A DNA stretch of 49,736 nucleotides from a bacterium. GTDB lineage: Bacteria; Patescibacteriota; Minisyncoccia; Phycocordibacterales; GWA1-40-21. The position numbers and the translations under genes were made by a program. Below are positions 31,292 through 40,656 of the stretch, piece after piece. Where the stretch lies: positions 1 to 49,736 of the forward strand of contig JBAXQJ010000005.1 of assembly GCA_037131755.1 (NCBI GenBank), read 5' to 3'. The notes beneath the pieces are model-generated. The model was not told where the DNA came from. It saw only the letters and a program-made list of their open reading frames with translations, and did not search any database. Each line of letters begins with the position of its first letter. The first letter of the stretch is position 1.

Positions 31292-32996
31292 AATGTTTTC
31301 TAAAAGAAAAATTCTTCAAAAAACCCTTGGCTGTCTCCTGATCATCGGCCTTCTGCCGACCACTTTTGCTTTTGGCCAAACAGCCTCTGCTCCAGTCAAC
31401 ACCGCTCTTCCAACCGGTGTTGGTTATCCGACTTACGATTTTGGAACTGTCCACAACACCTGGGTTCTCGCGGGAATTCTTTCTGGCCAGCAGCCGGGTC
31501 AGCAGCAGGACAAAATCAGAATGACTGTCCCAAAACTGATCTTAAAAAGAATCTTGCGCGAACTAACAAAATCAATCACCACTTGGATTGACAACGGCTT
31601 TGAGGGTAATCCATCATTCGTAACAGATCCAAAAAAGTGGATAACGAATACAGCCGATATCACCGTCGGTGACTTTTTGTTGAATGACCCATCCCTAAGT
31701 TTCCTTTGTGATCCTTTTAAAATCCAAGTTAAATTGGCCCTTGGTCTTCAATACCAACCATTCAAAGAACAGATCAAATGTAGTTTTTCTGGTGCCTTGA
31801 ATAACACCAATCAAGCCTATAATAATTTCGTCAACGGCGATTTTATCAACGGGGGAGGCTGGGACTCTTGGTTAAAACTAACCACCGTACCACAGAACAA
31901 TCAGATGGGAGCCTCGATATTAGCTCAAGGAGAATTGGATGCGAGAATTGCCAATAACCAAGCCGCCGCTCAGACAGAATCGAGCTGGGGTAATGGTTTT
32001 ATGTCCTACAAGGAATGCACCAGGAAAACGACCGATGCTAGCGGAAAGGTCATCAGTACCGACACTTACCACGGTGATCCCACCACTCATCCGGCCAACG
32101 TTCCGCCCACGACGTCTATTACTAGGAATTTTGACCAATCAAACAGCACTTACACCGGCGTGACGACCGAAACCTGCGAAATCGTAACTCCGGGCTTGCA
32201 GATATTCCAAAAGCTTGGTTGGGCTGATAGCAGCACGATCAGAGAATTGGAATTGGCTGATGACATCAATGCCATCTTCACCGCCCTGGGAAACCAGCTC
32301 TTGACTTTGGGCATGGAGTCGCTCACCGGTGCCAAGAAAACCAAGACCAATGACAATTCGTACAACCAGTACATGGATTATCTGACCCAACAACAAGCCC
32401 AGCTGTCCTCACAAGGTATGTCTTACGACCCGTCAAATTATGGCAGTAATTTTTACTCCAGTAGCAACTCCGGTTCGTCATATCTAAATTCCAACAATGG
32501 AAAGAGTCAGGCTTTGGCCGCGGTAGAACAACAGAGAAATATCGAGATTGCTTATCAACAGAAAGTAAACGACGTTTTGAATTTACTCAACCAAGCCCGA
32601 GCCTCTTTTGCCGCCAAAACCGGCTGTAACAGCCTGATCCAAGACGCCGTGATCAATCGAATCGATGGGGTAGCCAGCAATTCCGGCAATCAGCTGTCTT
32701 TAAACAAGGTTACTCTGACCCAAGTCCTGACGACAACCGCCGGTAATATCTCCAAACTTGATGATTTGAAGAGCAATATTACTTCCGCTTCGAGCGACAC
32801 GGATTTTTCTCAAGTGGCTTCCGGTATCAGTGATGATGCTTCCTATCACAGCTCGACGGACAAATCCTACGAAACCACCGGTTCAAATTATCTTTTGATA
32901 AAAAACTGGCTGTCAGTGGCAAAAGACAGTTACAATAAGGACAACACCGGCCGACCAAATATGTGTACCGCCGATCTCAGTATGTGGGGAATATAG
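31278..32996 (+). CDS. Secreted hypothetical protein (S/N/Q-rich)
   Basis: 572-aa ORF with a signal-like N-terminus (LGCLLIIGLLPTTFAFGQTASA). The ATG at 31293, just after the upstream stop, is an equally plausible start. No family recognised. Confidence 0.65.
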   Translation: MATIKMFSKRKILQKTLGCLLIIGLLPTTFAFGQTASAPVNTALPTGVGYPTYDFGTVHNTWVLAGILSGQQPGQQQDKIRMTVPKLILKRILRELTKSITTWIDNGFEGNPSFVTDPKKWITNTADITVGDFLLNDPSLSFLCDPFKIQVKLALGLQYQPFKEQIKCSFSGALNNTNQAYNNFVNGDFINGGGWDSWLKLTTVPQNNQMGASILAQGELDARIANNQAAAQTESSWGNGFMSYKECTRKTTDASGKVISTDTYHGDPTTHPANVPPTTSITRNFDQSNSTYTGVTTETCEIVTPGLQIFQKLGWADSSTIRELELADDINAIFTALGNQLLTLGMESLTGAKKTKTNDNSYNQYMDYLTQQQAQLSSQGMSYDPSNYGSNFYSSSNSGSSYLNSNNGKSQALAAVEQQRNIEIAYQQKVNDVLNLLNQARASFAAKTGCNSLIQDAVINRIDGVASNSGNQLSLNKVTLTQVLTTTAGNISKLDDLKSNITSASSDTDFSQVASGISDDASYHSSTDKSYETTGSNYLLIKNWLSVAKDSYNKDNTGRPNMCTADLSMWGI

Positions 32997-33069
32997 CAGG
33001 TGACGGAAAAGAAAAAAGTGGACAAAAAATTAGCACTTGAATCGTTTTTGCGGTAGAATATAAGTTGAA

Positions 33070-35268
33070 ATGAAAATTAAATTTTCAAAATTTTTCACCC
33101 TGCTGACTATTTCAATAGTAGTCTTTTTGGGGTTATCTTTCTCCCCATACAATAGTACCAGAGCGATAGCTGGATCTATTTCAGATTGTTCATCTTTGGG
33201 TGGTGACAAAATATACACTTGCCAAGCTTATTACAGAGAAGTTCAAGGTGGTGCAAACTACGCGACGATTAATTTTAACGACGGAACAAAAATTAATGTA
33301 TTTCCTGATGGCAGTTCCATAAAATTCGATAAAAACGGCAATACAATTTCAAACACCGCTGATGGTTCAACAATGATATACAACCCCAATACAGGGAAGA
33401 CAGTAATAAAAGATTCCACTGGTAACATAAGAACCGAACAACTCACTGCCTCCGCGCCGGTTGAAGATCCATTCTTTTCAAATTGGCTGAAAGAAGCTGG
33501 TAAAATGGGTGGTTTAATCACTGGTGCTGTGGCAAAAACAGTTGCCATGGTTGTGGGAGGATTCCTCCAATTGATTTGGATTCCAACACTTTCAGCTTTA
33601 ATATATGTTGCTAGTTTTCTTGTTGATAAATCAGTCGAGTTCACTCTTTCTATTGGTTCCTTGGCGGGTATTGATTCTTCTGTAAATATTGCCTGGGTAA
33701 CGATCAGGAACGTTTTCAACATTTTCTTTATTTTTGCACTTTTGTACGCAGCTATTAAGATTATAATCGGGCAGACAGACAACAATTCAAAGAATATGCT
33801 TAAGAATGTCATCGTGGCTGCTCTCCTTATAAATTTCAGCCTATTTTTCACAAAGATTATTATTGATGCTGGAAACATTGTTGCGGCGGCCCTATATAAT
33901 TCACTAACCAACCAAGGAACTGTTGGTTTAGGATCATTATTAATGAAGGGTATGGGTATATCAGGACTATGGGGAGCAAGTGAAGCAAGTGTTGGCGGTG
34001 TTTTTAGCACATCATTCTTTATTATTTCCGCCGTACAAGCGACCACCCTACTTATAACTCTCGCCACCTTCATTTATATCGCTATATTATTTATTGTACG
34101 AACGGTTGGCCTAATATTTTTAATGGCCTTTTCACCAGTAGGTTTTATGGGTGATGTCTTGCCATTTATGGCTCCATATCAAAAAATGTGGCGCGACAAT
34201 TTATTTGGCCTAGTAGCAACTGCTCCAATCTTTTTACTTTTTACACAAATAATCGTGACGGTCTCTTCGCAAATGAAAGCGGCGATGGAAACTATGTCTA
34301 AAGAATCTGATGTGGCATACATTGCCTATTTTAAATATGCGATGGTAATAATATTACTAATTACCGCAGTTAAAGTCACCAAAAAATTCTCTGGCGCTGT
34401 TGGTTCATTTGTAGATGGCATAACCAAACTCGCCGTAGGCACAGCCGCTGGTGTTGCGACCGGGGGAGCGGCTTTGGCAATGAGAAAAGTAGTTGGTGGC
34501 AGTGCAGCAAAAATGGCCTCAAATGAAGATCTCAAAGCTCGAGCGGCAGCTGGTAGTATATCAGCCAGAATGCAGTTGGCAGCAGCAACTAAAGTATCAA
34601 AATCAAGCTTTGATGTTCGAAATGCCAATATTGCTGGCTTCAAACCAGGAGAGATGATCAGTAAACAAACCGGCTTTGATCTGAATGGTGGTCCGAAATT
34701 CACCCAGGTCGCCGACGGCGGTTATGCTGGGGCCCAAGATCGAGCCAAGAAAGCTCAGGCGGCAAGGATCAAAACTACCACAAACACCGATAGTGCAAAA
34801 GTTGATCCTTGGTCAGTAGATCAGAACCGTGTTGATAGTCATATAGCACAATTGAGACAAGATGCTCAAAATGACTTGGTAAATCATCAAACCGACAGAT
34901 CTCACAAGGAACAAGAATTTAATGACCCAAGAAAAACCAAAGACGAGAAAGACAAGATTGCCCAGGAAATTGCCGAATTAGACAAGAAGATTGCCAAAGC
35001 TCAACGCACAGCAAACTCAGCCAATGATCCGATTGCAACAGCCGAGCTCGAAGAACAGGCAAGAAAAAGTATTTCCAAGCAGGACTCAATAGACAAGGCA
35101 AAACAAAAAGAAAGAGAATTACTTAGTGGTGCACCATCCGAAGCCCACAAACAAGCAGCTGCGGCTTATAGGGCCTATGCAGCAGAACAGGAGAAGACAA
35201 AAACCACTGCGGATAAGACAAATGATCTTCTCCAACAACTTATTCAACAGAACCAACCTAAGCCATAA
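33070..35268 (+). CDS. TrbL/VirB6-like polytopic membrane protein with long charged C-terminal tail
   Basis: 732 aa with a signal/TM, a soluble domain of about 130 aa, at least 6 hydrophobic helices and a K/E/Q/A-rich tail of about 250 aa. The assignment rests on topology and on T4SS gene context. Confidence 0.6.
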   Translation: MKIKFSKFFTLLTISIVVFLGLSFSPYNSTRAIAGSISDCSSLGGDKIYTCQAYYREVQGGANYATINFNDGTKINVFPDGSSIKFDKNGNTISNTADGSTMIYNPNTGKTVIKDSTGNIRTEQLTASAPVEDPFFSNWLKEAGKMGGLITGAVAKTVAMVVGGFLQLIWIPTLSALIYVASFLVDKSVEFTLSIGSLAGIDSSVNIAWVTIRNVFNIFFIFALLYAAIKIIIGQTDNNSKNMLKNVIVAALLINFSLFFTKIIIDAGNIVAAALYNSLTNQGTVGLGSLLMKGMGISGLWGASEASVGGVFSTSFFIISAVQATTLLITLATFIYIAILFIVRTVGLIFLMAFSPVGFMGDVLPFMAPYQKMWRDNLFGLVATAPIFLLFTQIIVTVSSQMKAAMETMSKESDVAYIAYFKYAMVIILLITAVKVTKKFSGAVGSFVDGITKLAVGTAAGVATGGAALAMRKVVGGSAAKMASNEDLKARAAAGSISARMQLAAATKVSKSSFDVRNANIAGFKPGEMISKQTGFDLNGGPKFTQVADGGYAGAQDRAKKAQAARIKTTTNTDSAKVDPWSVDQNRVDSHIAQLRQDAQNDLVNHQTDRSHKEQEFNDPRKTKDEKDKIAQEIAELDKKIAKAQRTANSANDPIATAELEEQARKSISKQDSIDKAKQKERELLSGAPSEAHKQAAAAYRAYAAEQEKTKTTADKTNDLLQQLIQQNQPKP

Positions 35269-35276
35269 TTAAGTAA

Positions 35277-35978
35277 ATGGATGACCAATTTAAAAAAATA
35301 ATAGGGGAACAACTGATAAAAATTCCAGCTGACATAAAAGCGGCTATTGTTTCCATTGATTACAAAACAAAACTTCAGGAAATCACCAGACGACAGAAAC
35401 TTCTGATTGATCAAGCTGGCAGGCTGGAGACCGAGACAACTTTGGTGCTGCTTGGTCTAGAAAAACTTGGTGATTATGTCTCAAACCTTCAAAACGAACT
35501 CGGACTACCGATAATGCGGGCCAAAGAAGTATCTTTGGATGTCAGTGAAAACATCTTCAAACCGATTCGAGAATCATTGAGGCAGATGAATGAAGGTCTT
35601 AATGAAGAGGGTGGGGCACCAGCGACTGGCGTACCGGAAGAAGTTGCCTCCAGCCCGGAACGTAATAAAATTCTTAGCGAGATAGAAAATCCAAACACAA
35701 TTGGCCAAAACGGTTCGATGATGTTTACAAAAAATCCGACTCCAGCAACAGTAAACCCTGTACTAGTGGAAAAAAGTTCACCAATCATTCCAACGACTCC
35801 AAAAGAAAGCCTCTCAACTACAACAACAAAATCAGCCGGTGATTTGCTAGACGCCAAACTCAAAGATACCTTAATGATACCGAGAAACATTGTTGAGAAA
35901 AACGAAATCAGCAAGCTGCCGCCAGTCAACCGACCGCCATACAAAGGTTCGGATCCATACAAGGAACCAACGATCTAG
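35277..35978 (+). CDS. Hypothetical protein (no TM), T4SS-cluster associated
   Basis: 233-aa ORF in the same operon-like array. No family recognised. Confidence 0.55.
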   Translation: MDDQFKKIIGEQLIKIPADIKAAIVSIDYKTKLQEITRRQKLLIDQAGRLETETTLVLLGLEKLGDYVSNLQNELGLPIMRAKEVSLDVSENIFKPIRESLRQMNEGLNEEGGAPATGVPEEVASSPERNKILSEIENPNTIGQNGSMMFTKNPTPATVNPVLVEKSSPIIPTTPKESLSTTTTKSAGDLLDAKLKDTLMIPRNIVEKNEISKLPPVNRPPYKGSDPYKEPTI

Positions 35979-35999
35979 CCAGATTACTGAAAACAAAAC

Positions 36000-36419
36000 A
36001 TGAGATTTCAAGTCCCACAATTCATCGAAATAGAAGATAAGATTTTCGGACCACTGACAATCAAGCAGTTCATCTACTTGGCTGGTGGCGGCGGTTTGGC
36101 GTTCATCATCTTCCGCTTTTTGCCGCTAATGATAGCTATCCCTTTGATTATTGTCGCTATCGGCTTTTCCTTGCTCATGGCCTTCTATACCGTCAACAAC
36201 AAGCCTTTTATCGGTGTTGTTCAATCGGCAGTCACATATTTTTTCTCCAACAAGCTTTATCTTTGGAAAAAACAAGACCGAAAACCGATTTCCAAAACAG
36301 AACCAACCAACACAGAAAAAGCGGGCGGTCAGCTTTTCATTCCGAAATTATCCGATAGTAAGCTAAAGGACATCACCTGGAGCCTCGATATCAACGAAAC
36401 AGTGGGAGGGAAAGAGTAG
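36000..36419 (+). CDS. PrgI-family (VirB3-like) small membrane protein
   Basis: 139 aa. MRFQVPQFIEIEDKIFGPLTIKQFIYLAGGG is followed by two TM helices, which is the PrgI-family pattern. It sits upstream of VirB4, as in Gram-positive T4SS loci. Confidence 0.65.
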   Translation: MRFQVPQFIEIEDKIFGPLTIKQFIYLAGGGGLAFIIFRFLPLMIAIPLIIVAIGFSLLMAFYTVNNKPFIGVVQSAVTYFFSNKLYLWKKQDRKPISKTEPTNTEKAGGQLFIPKLSDSKLKDITWSLDINETVGGKE

Positions 36420-36493
36420 GGAGAAGTAGCTTCTTATGTTCATATAAAGTATAATAATAAGGAAACGAGAAGGAATTTTAATTTTTAATCTAC

Positions 36494-37132
36494 ATGGTAG
36501 TTGCCAAAGCCACCCAAGAATTTGTCCCGATCAAAGAAGTCCGGGATGGAATAGTCATCATGAAAGACGGCTCCATGCGAGCGGTAATCGCCGTATCGTC
36601 TTTAAACTTTGCCTTGAAATCAAACGATGAGAGGGAAGCCCTGATTTACCAATTCCAAAATTTCCTAAACTCCCTGGATTTTTCGGTTCAAATTTCCATC
36701 CAATCGCGTGCCTTGGATATCCGCCCTTATCTGGCCACTTTGGAAAAGCAATACAACGCCCAAATCAATGACTTGCTGAAAATACAGATCCGCGAGTATA
36801 TTTCTTTCGTCCGCAGCTTCACTGAGGAGGTGAATATCATGAGAAAAAGTTTCTATGTCGTCATTCCCTTTACCCCAACACTCCTAAATACCAAAAAGGA
36901 AGGGGGCTTGCTGTCATCGCTCGGTTTTGGGGCAAAAAACAAAACTAAAACGTCTGAAACAGACAGTTTCAATGAAAGCCGAACCCAGCTCGAACAGCGT
37001 CTAGGTGTTGTCCAGCAAGGTCTGCTCAGTTGTGGTCTCCGAAGCGCCCAATTAGGCACCGAAGAAATCGTCGAAGTCTTTTATAAGTTATTCAATCCGG
37101 GCAGCACGGAAAAGCCGATGCAGTTTCAATAA
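36494..37132 (+). CDS. Possible detached N-terminal module of VirB4-type ATPase
   Basis: 212 aa with EFVPIKEVRDGIVIMKDGSMRAVIAVSSLNFALKS.DERE. From memory, this pattern occurs at the N termini of long Gram-positive VirB4/PrgJ-type proteins. The ORF is separated from the ATPase ORF by 130 nt and a frame change. Confidence 0.45.
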   Translation: MVVAKATQEFVPIKEVRDGIVIMKDGSMRAVIAVSSLNFALKSNDEREALIYQFQNFLNSLDFSVQISIQSRALDIRPYLATLEKQYNAQINDLLKIQIREYISFVRSFTEEVNIMRKSFYVVIPFTPTLLNTKKEGGLLSSLGFGAKNKTKTSETDSFNESRTQLEQRLGVVQQGLLSCGLRSAQLGTEEIVEVFYKLFNPGSTEKPMQFQ

Positions 37133-37151
37133 AAACTCCGGTTGGCCGTCT

Positions 37152-37228
37152 TTGCGAGGAAGTGGCTGACGAAGCAAACCAGTAATTATAAAGATGGATT
37201 GCTTCGGGATTACCCTCGCAATGACAAA
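37152..37228 (+). repeat. REP-like nested hairpin, family GGATTGC-N-GCAATGACAAA
   Basis: TTGCGAGG...GAAGCAAACC-loop-GGATTGCTTC...CCTCGCAA-TGACAAAAC forms two nested inverted repeats. It lies between the 212-aa ORF and the VirB4 ATPase ORF. Confidence 0.65.
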
Positions 37229-37262
37229 ACAAAAGAACTGAAAGACTAAATATAAAAATACC

Positions 37263-39080
37263 ATGGGAATATTTGATTTTTTAAACAAAAAAAGCTCGAA
37301 AAAGGATGAACTAACCTCATTCTTGCCTCAAGAAATCTACGAGGCTGGCGTTTTGGAGTTGCAGGATGTGATCGCACCTTCAGCGCTCAAGATCAGCCCC
37401 AACCAAATCAATCTTGGCGAAAAGATCGCCCGAACTTTCTTTATCATTTCCTATCCGCGCTTTTTGACCGAAAGCTGGTTTGCACCAATCATCAACTTGG
37501 ACAAAGTTTTCAACGTCTCAATCTTCATTCACCCGATCGAAACGTCAAAGATCCTGCGCCAATTCCAAAAGAAAGTGGCCGAGGTGCAAAGCCAGATCAA
37601 CCAGCGGGAAAATAGGGGATTGGTGCGTGATCCGGTCTTGGATACCGCCTATCAAGACCTTGAGAGTTTGCGTGATAGTCTTCAGCAGGCGCAGGAGAAA
37701 CTTTTTGACGCTGGAATTTATCTAACCATTTATGGCGACAATGAAGACGATTTGAACAAGGTAGAGACGGAGATGAAAACCATTTTGGAATCCAAACTCG
37801 TCTATATCAAACCGGCTCTTTTCCAACAAGAACAAGGCTATAAGAGCATCCTGCCGACCTGCGATGACCAGCTTTTGGTTCACTCAAAATTAAATTCTTC
37901 GCCGCTTTCCAGCATTTTCCCATTTATTTCTTTCGACCTCACCCAAGAAAAAGGTATTCTCTATGGTATCAACCGACACAACAACAGCTTGGTTTTGTTT
38001 GATCGTTTTTCCCAAGATAACTACAATTCCGTCACCTTTGCCAAGGCTGGTTCCGGTAAATCCTACGCGGCCAAGCTGGAAATATTGAGAACCTTGATGT
38101 TTGATGTCGATGTGATCGTGATCGACCCGGAAAATGAATTCCACTATCTCGCCGAGGCTGTTGGTGGAAAAGTATTTAACATTTCCTTGAACTCGGAGAG
38201 TCATATCAATCCATTTGAACTGCCGCACCCACGCGAAGACGAGGCACCATCAGATGTTTTGCGTTCCAACATCATCAACTTGGTGGGAATGTTCCGAATC
38301 ATGTTTGGTGGTCTCACTCCAGAGGAGGATGCGATCATCGATCGAGCGATCACCGAGACTTATGCTTTGAAAGATATTACCCCAGAATCTGATTTTGTGA
38401 ATTTGGAGCCACCGCTTTTGTCGGACTTTGAATTGGTCTTATCTGGAATGGAAGGGGCGGAGAGTCTGGCGCAAAAACTGTCAAAATTCACCCGCGGTTC
38501 CTGGTCTGGCTTTATCAATCGTCCATCAACCGTCGACATCGACGCCAAGTTCGTCGTGTTCTCGATCCGTGATATGGAAGATGAACTTCGTGCTGTCGCG
38601 ATGTATATCATCACGCACTTCATCTGGACAGCGATCAGAAAAGTAAAGAAGAAGCGATTATTGGTGGTGGATGAAGCGTGGGTGATGATGCGTTCTGACG
38701 ATGCCGCTTCTTTCCTTTTTGGTATTGCTAAACGCTGTCGTAAATACTGGCTGGGTCTCGCGACTATTACCCAAGACGTCGACGACTTTTTGAATTCACC
38801 TTATGGTATGCCGATTGTGACCAACTCATCGATCCAAATCCTGCTCAAACAATCGCCATCAACAGTGGAACACCTGAAAGAAGTTTTCAACCTGACCGAG
38901 GACGAGAAATTCCTGTTATTGGAGTCAGATGTGGGTGAGGGACTATTCTTTGTCGGCCAGAAACATGTGGCAATCAAGATCAAAGCTTCATATACTGAGG
39001 ATCAAATCATCACTTCCGACCCATCACAGCTCTTGGCAATTCAGCGCTCAAGAGAAGAACTACAGGCAAGTCAGAACTAG
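37263..39080 (+). CDS. VirB4/TraE-type T4SS ATPase
   Basis: 605 aa with Walker A AKAGSGKSYAAK, Walker B RLLVVDEAW, and the N-terminal pattern IAPSALKISPNQINLGEKIARTFFIISYPRFL, typical of the family. Confidence 0.85.
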   Translation: MGIFDFLNKKSSKKDELTSFLPQEIYEAGVLELQDVIAPSALKISPNQINLGEKIARTFFIISYPRFLTESWFAPIINLDKVFNVSIFIHPIETSKILRQFQKKVAEVQSQINQRENRGLVRDPVLDTAYQDLESLRDSLQQAQEKLFDAGIYLTIYGDNEDDLNKVETEMKTILESKLVYIKPALFQQEQGYKSILPTCDDQLLVHSKLNSSPLSSIFPFISFDLTQEKGILYGINRHNNSLVLFDRFSQDNYNSVTFAKAGSGKSYAAKLEILRTLMFDVDVIVIDPENEFHYLAEAVGGKVFNISLNSESHINPFELPHPREDEAPSDVLRSNIINLVGMFRIMFGGLTPEEDAIIDRAITETYALKDITPESDFVNLEPPLLSDFELVLSGMEGAESLAQKLSKFTRGSWSGFINRPSTVDIDAKFVVFSIRDMEDELRAVAMYIITHFIWTAIRKVKKKRLLVVDEAWVMMRSDDAASFLFGIAKRCRKYWLGLATITQDVDDFLNSPYGMPIVTNSSIQILLKQSPSTVEHLKEVFNLTEDEKFLLLESDVGEGLFFVGQKHVAIKIKASYTEDQIITSDPSQLLAIQRSREELQASQN

Positions 39081-39092
39081 CTTTTTTGTCAT

Positions 39093-39201
39093 ACCTACCC
39101 CCAATTACCTTTTTAGAGCACGGATATTTTCTTACTAGAAAATTCCTCGAGTTCGGCTCAGTCAGCCTCACTAGTCTCTAAAAAGGCAATTAGGGGTAGG
39201 T
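39093..39201 (+). repeat. Structured intergenic element (copy B)
   Basis: The core 39110-39184 is nearly identical to copy A. The outer stem acctacccccaattacc / ggcaattaggggtaggt is locus-specific and is followed by TTTTT. It starts 13 nt after the VirB4 stop. Confidence 0.8.
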
Positions 39202-39253
39202 TTTTGAGTTCTATGTTTAACGTTTTATTTCTATATGCTATAATATTTGCAGT

Positions 39254-40270
39254 ATGAAAAAAACATTTTTCTTCTCATTTTTATTTACCCTACTGATCAT
39301 TGGGGTGTTACCGGCCCTTTCTTCGGCTCAAACGACAAACACTGCCACGCCAAACTTAAACGACCAATTTTTACAAATTTCCCTCTCGCCAGACAATCCG
39401 GAACCGGGTCAAAATTATTCGGCCACAATTTCCAGTTATGTTTTTGACCTAGACCGCTCTACCATCAGGTGGTATGTGAACGGCCAACTTAAAAAAGAGG
39501 GTAGCGGCTTGAAGGTTTTTTATGATCAGGCGGGCAAGAGCGGGGTGGCAACCGTCATTAGGGCAGTGGCAACAACCCAAGACAACCAGACATCGGAGAT
39601 AAGCGCGACGATTGTTCCAGCTAGCGTTGATTTGATTTACGAGGCCTACTCATACGTCCCACCCTTTTATAAAGGCAAAGCCTTGAATGTAAACCAAGGT
39701 TCGGTCATTTTAGCTGCCATTCCGAATATTATGCAAAACGGAACGAAAATTGCCGCTCAAAAACTGGTTTATACCTGGAAAAAAGACGGCACTGTCCAAG
39801 GGTCTTTTTCCGGGGTCGGGAAGAACACCTTCAGCTTCAACGGTTCCGTTCCGATTCGTGATGTGGAAATAGAAGTGTCTGTTTCCTCGCCGGACAATTC
39901 CGTGACCGCCAGCAAATCCCTGACCGTGCCTTTTGTCTCGCCTAAAATACTTTTCTATGAAGATAGCCCCGTCTATGGGACAATGTTCAACCGTGCCATC
40001 ACCCAGACCGTCGGCCTATTGACTGATGAATTTTCCGTCAAGGCTTTTCCATATTTTTTCAGCGCCGGTTTTCCTCAAAGCTCAAATTTGATTTACAATT
40101 GGACGATGAATGGGCAGGGGATTGAGACCCCCGCTGTACCAAACCTCGTCACCTTCCGCCAAGATACGCCCGGTGCCGGCAATGCGAATGTAGGCCTAAA
40201 AATCAGCAACACTGCCAGAATTTTCCAATTTGTTGAAAATAACTTTAGTATCCTATTCCAAAAACAATAA
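39254..40270 (+). CDS. Secreted beta-rich hypothetical protein
   Basis: 338 aa with signal peptide MKKTFFFSFLFTLLIIGVLPALSSA. TGcTATAAT ends 9 nt before the ATG. No family recognised. Confidence 0.65.
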   Translation: MKKTFFFSFLFTLLIIGVLPALSSAQTTNTATPNLNDQFLQISLSPDNPEPGQNYSATISSYVFDLDRSTIRWYVNGQLKKEGSGLKVFYDQAGKSGVATVIRAVATTQDNQTSEISATIVPASVDLIYEAYSYVPPFYKGKALNVNQGSVILAAIPNIMQNGTKIAAQKLVYTWKKDGTVQGSFSGVGKNTFSFNGSVPIRDVEIEVSVSSPDNSVTASKSLTVPFVSPKILFYEDSPVYGTMFNRAITQTVGLLTDEFSVKAFPYFFSAGFPQSSNLIYNWTMNGQGIETPAVPNLVTFRQDTPGAGNANVGLKISNTARIFQFVENNFSILFQKQ

Positions 40271-40271
40271 T

Positions 40272-40655
40272 ATGAAAAAATTACTAACCGTCAAAATCTT
40301 ATCCTTAATAATACTCAGTGTTGTCTTTATTCTGCCTCAATTCACCGTCTTGGCTTTGAATTATGTTCCTCTCGAAAAAAACGCCTTCCCGGGAGTTACC
40401 TTCAATGAAGGAACCAAACTAAACACCTTTCTCTCCCAATCTTTCCAGTTTGGCCTGGCTTTGGCCGCTATTTTGGCTGTGGTGATGATCATTTGGGGTG
40501 GGGTGGAGACAATGCTGTCTGAATCGGTCTTTTCCAAAGACTCCGGCAAGACAAAAATTAAAGATGCTTTGTATGGCTTAGGTCTGGCCTTGGTTTCTTG
40601 GCTTATTCTTTACACCATCAATCCGGAAATACTTAATTTTAAGCTTACCCAATAA
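40272..40655 (+). CDS. TrbC/VirB2-like T4SS pilin candidate
   Basis: Trimmed to the Met at 40272 (MKKLLTVKILSLIILS...). It has a signal peptide plus two hydrophobic helices separated by a short polar loop, and is 127 aa. Confidence 0.6.
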   Translation: MKKLLTVKILSLIILSVVFILPQFTVLALNYVPLEKNAFPGVTFNEGTKLNTFLSQSFQFGLALAAILAVVMIIWGGVETMLSESVFSKDSGKTKIKDALYGLGLALVSWLILYTINPEILNFKLTQ

Positions 40656-40656
40656 T

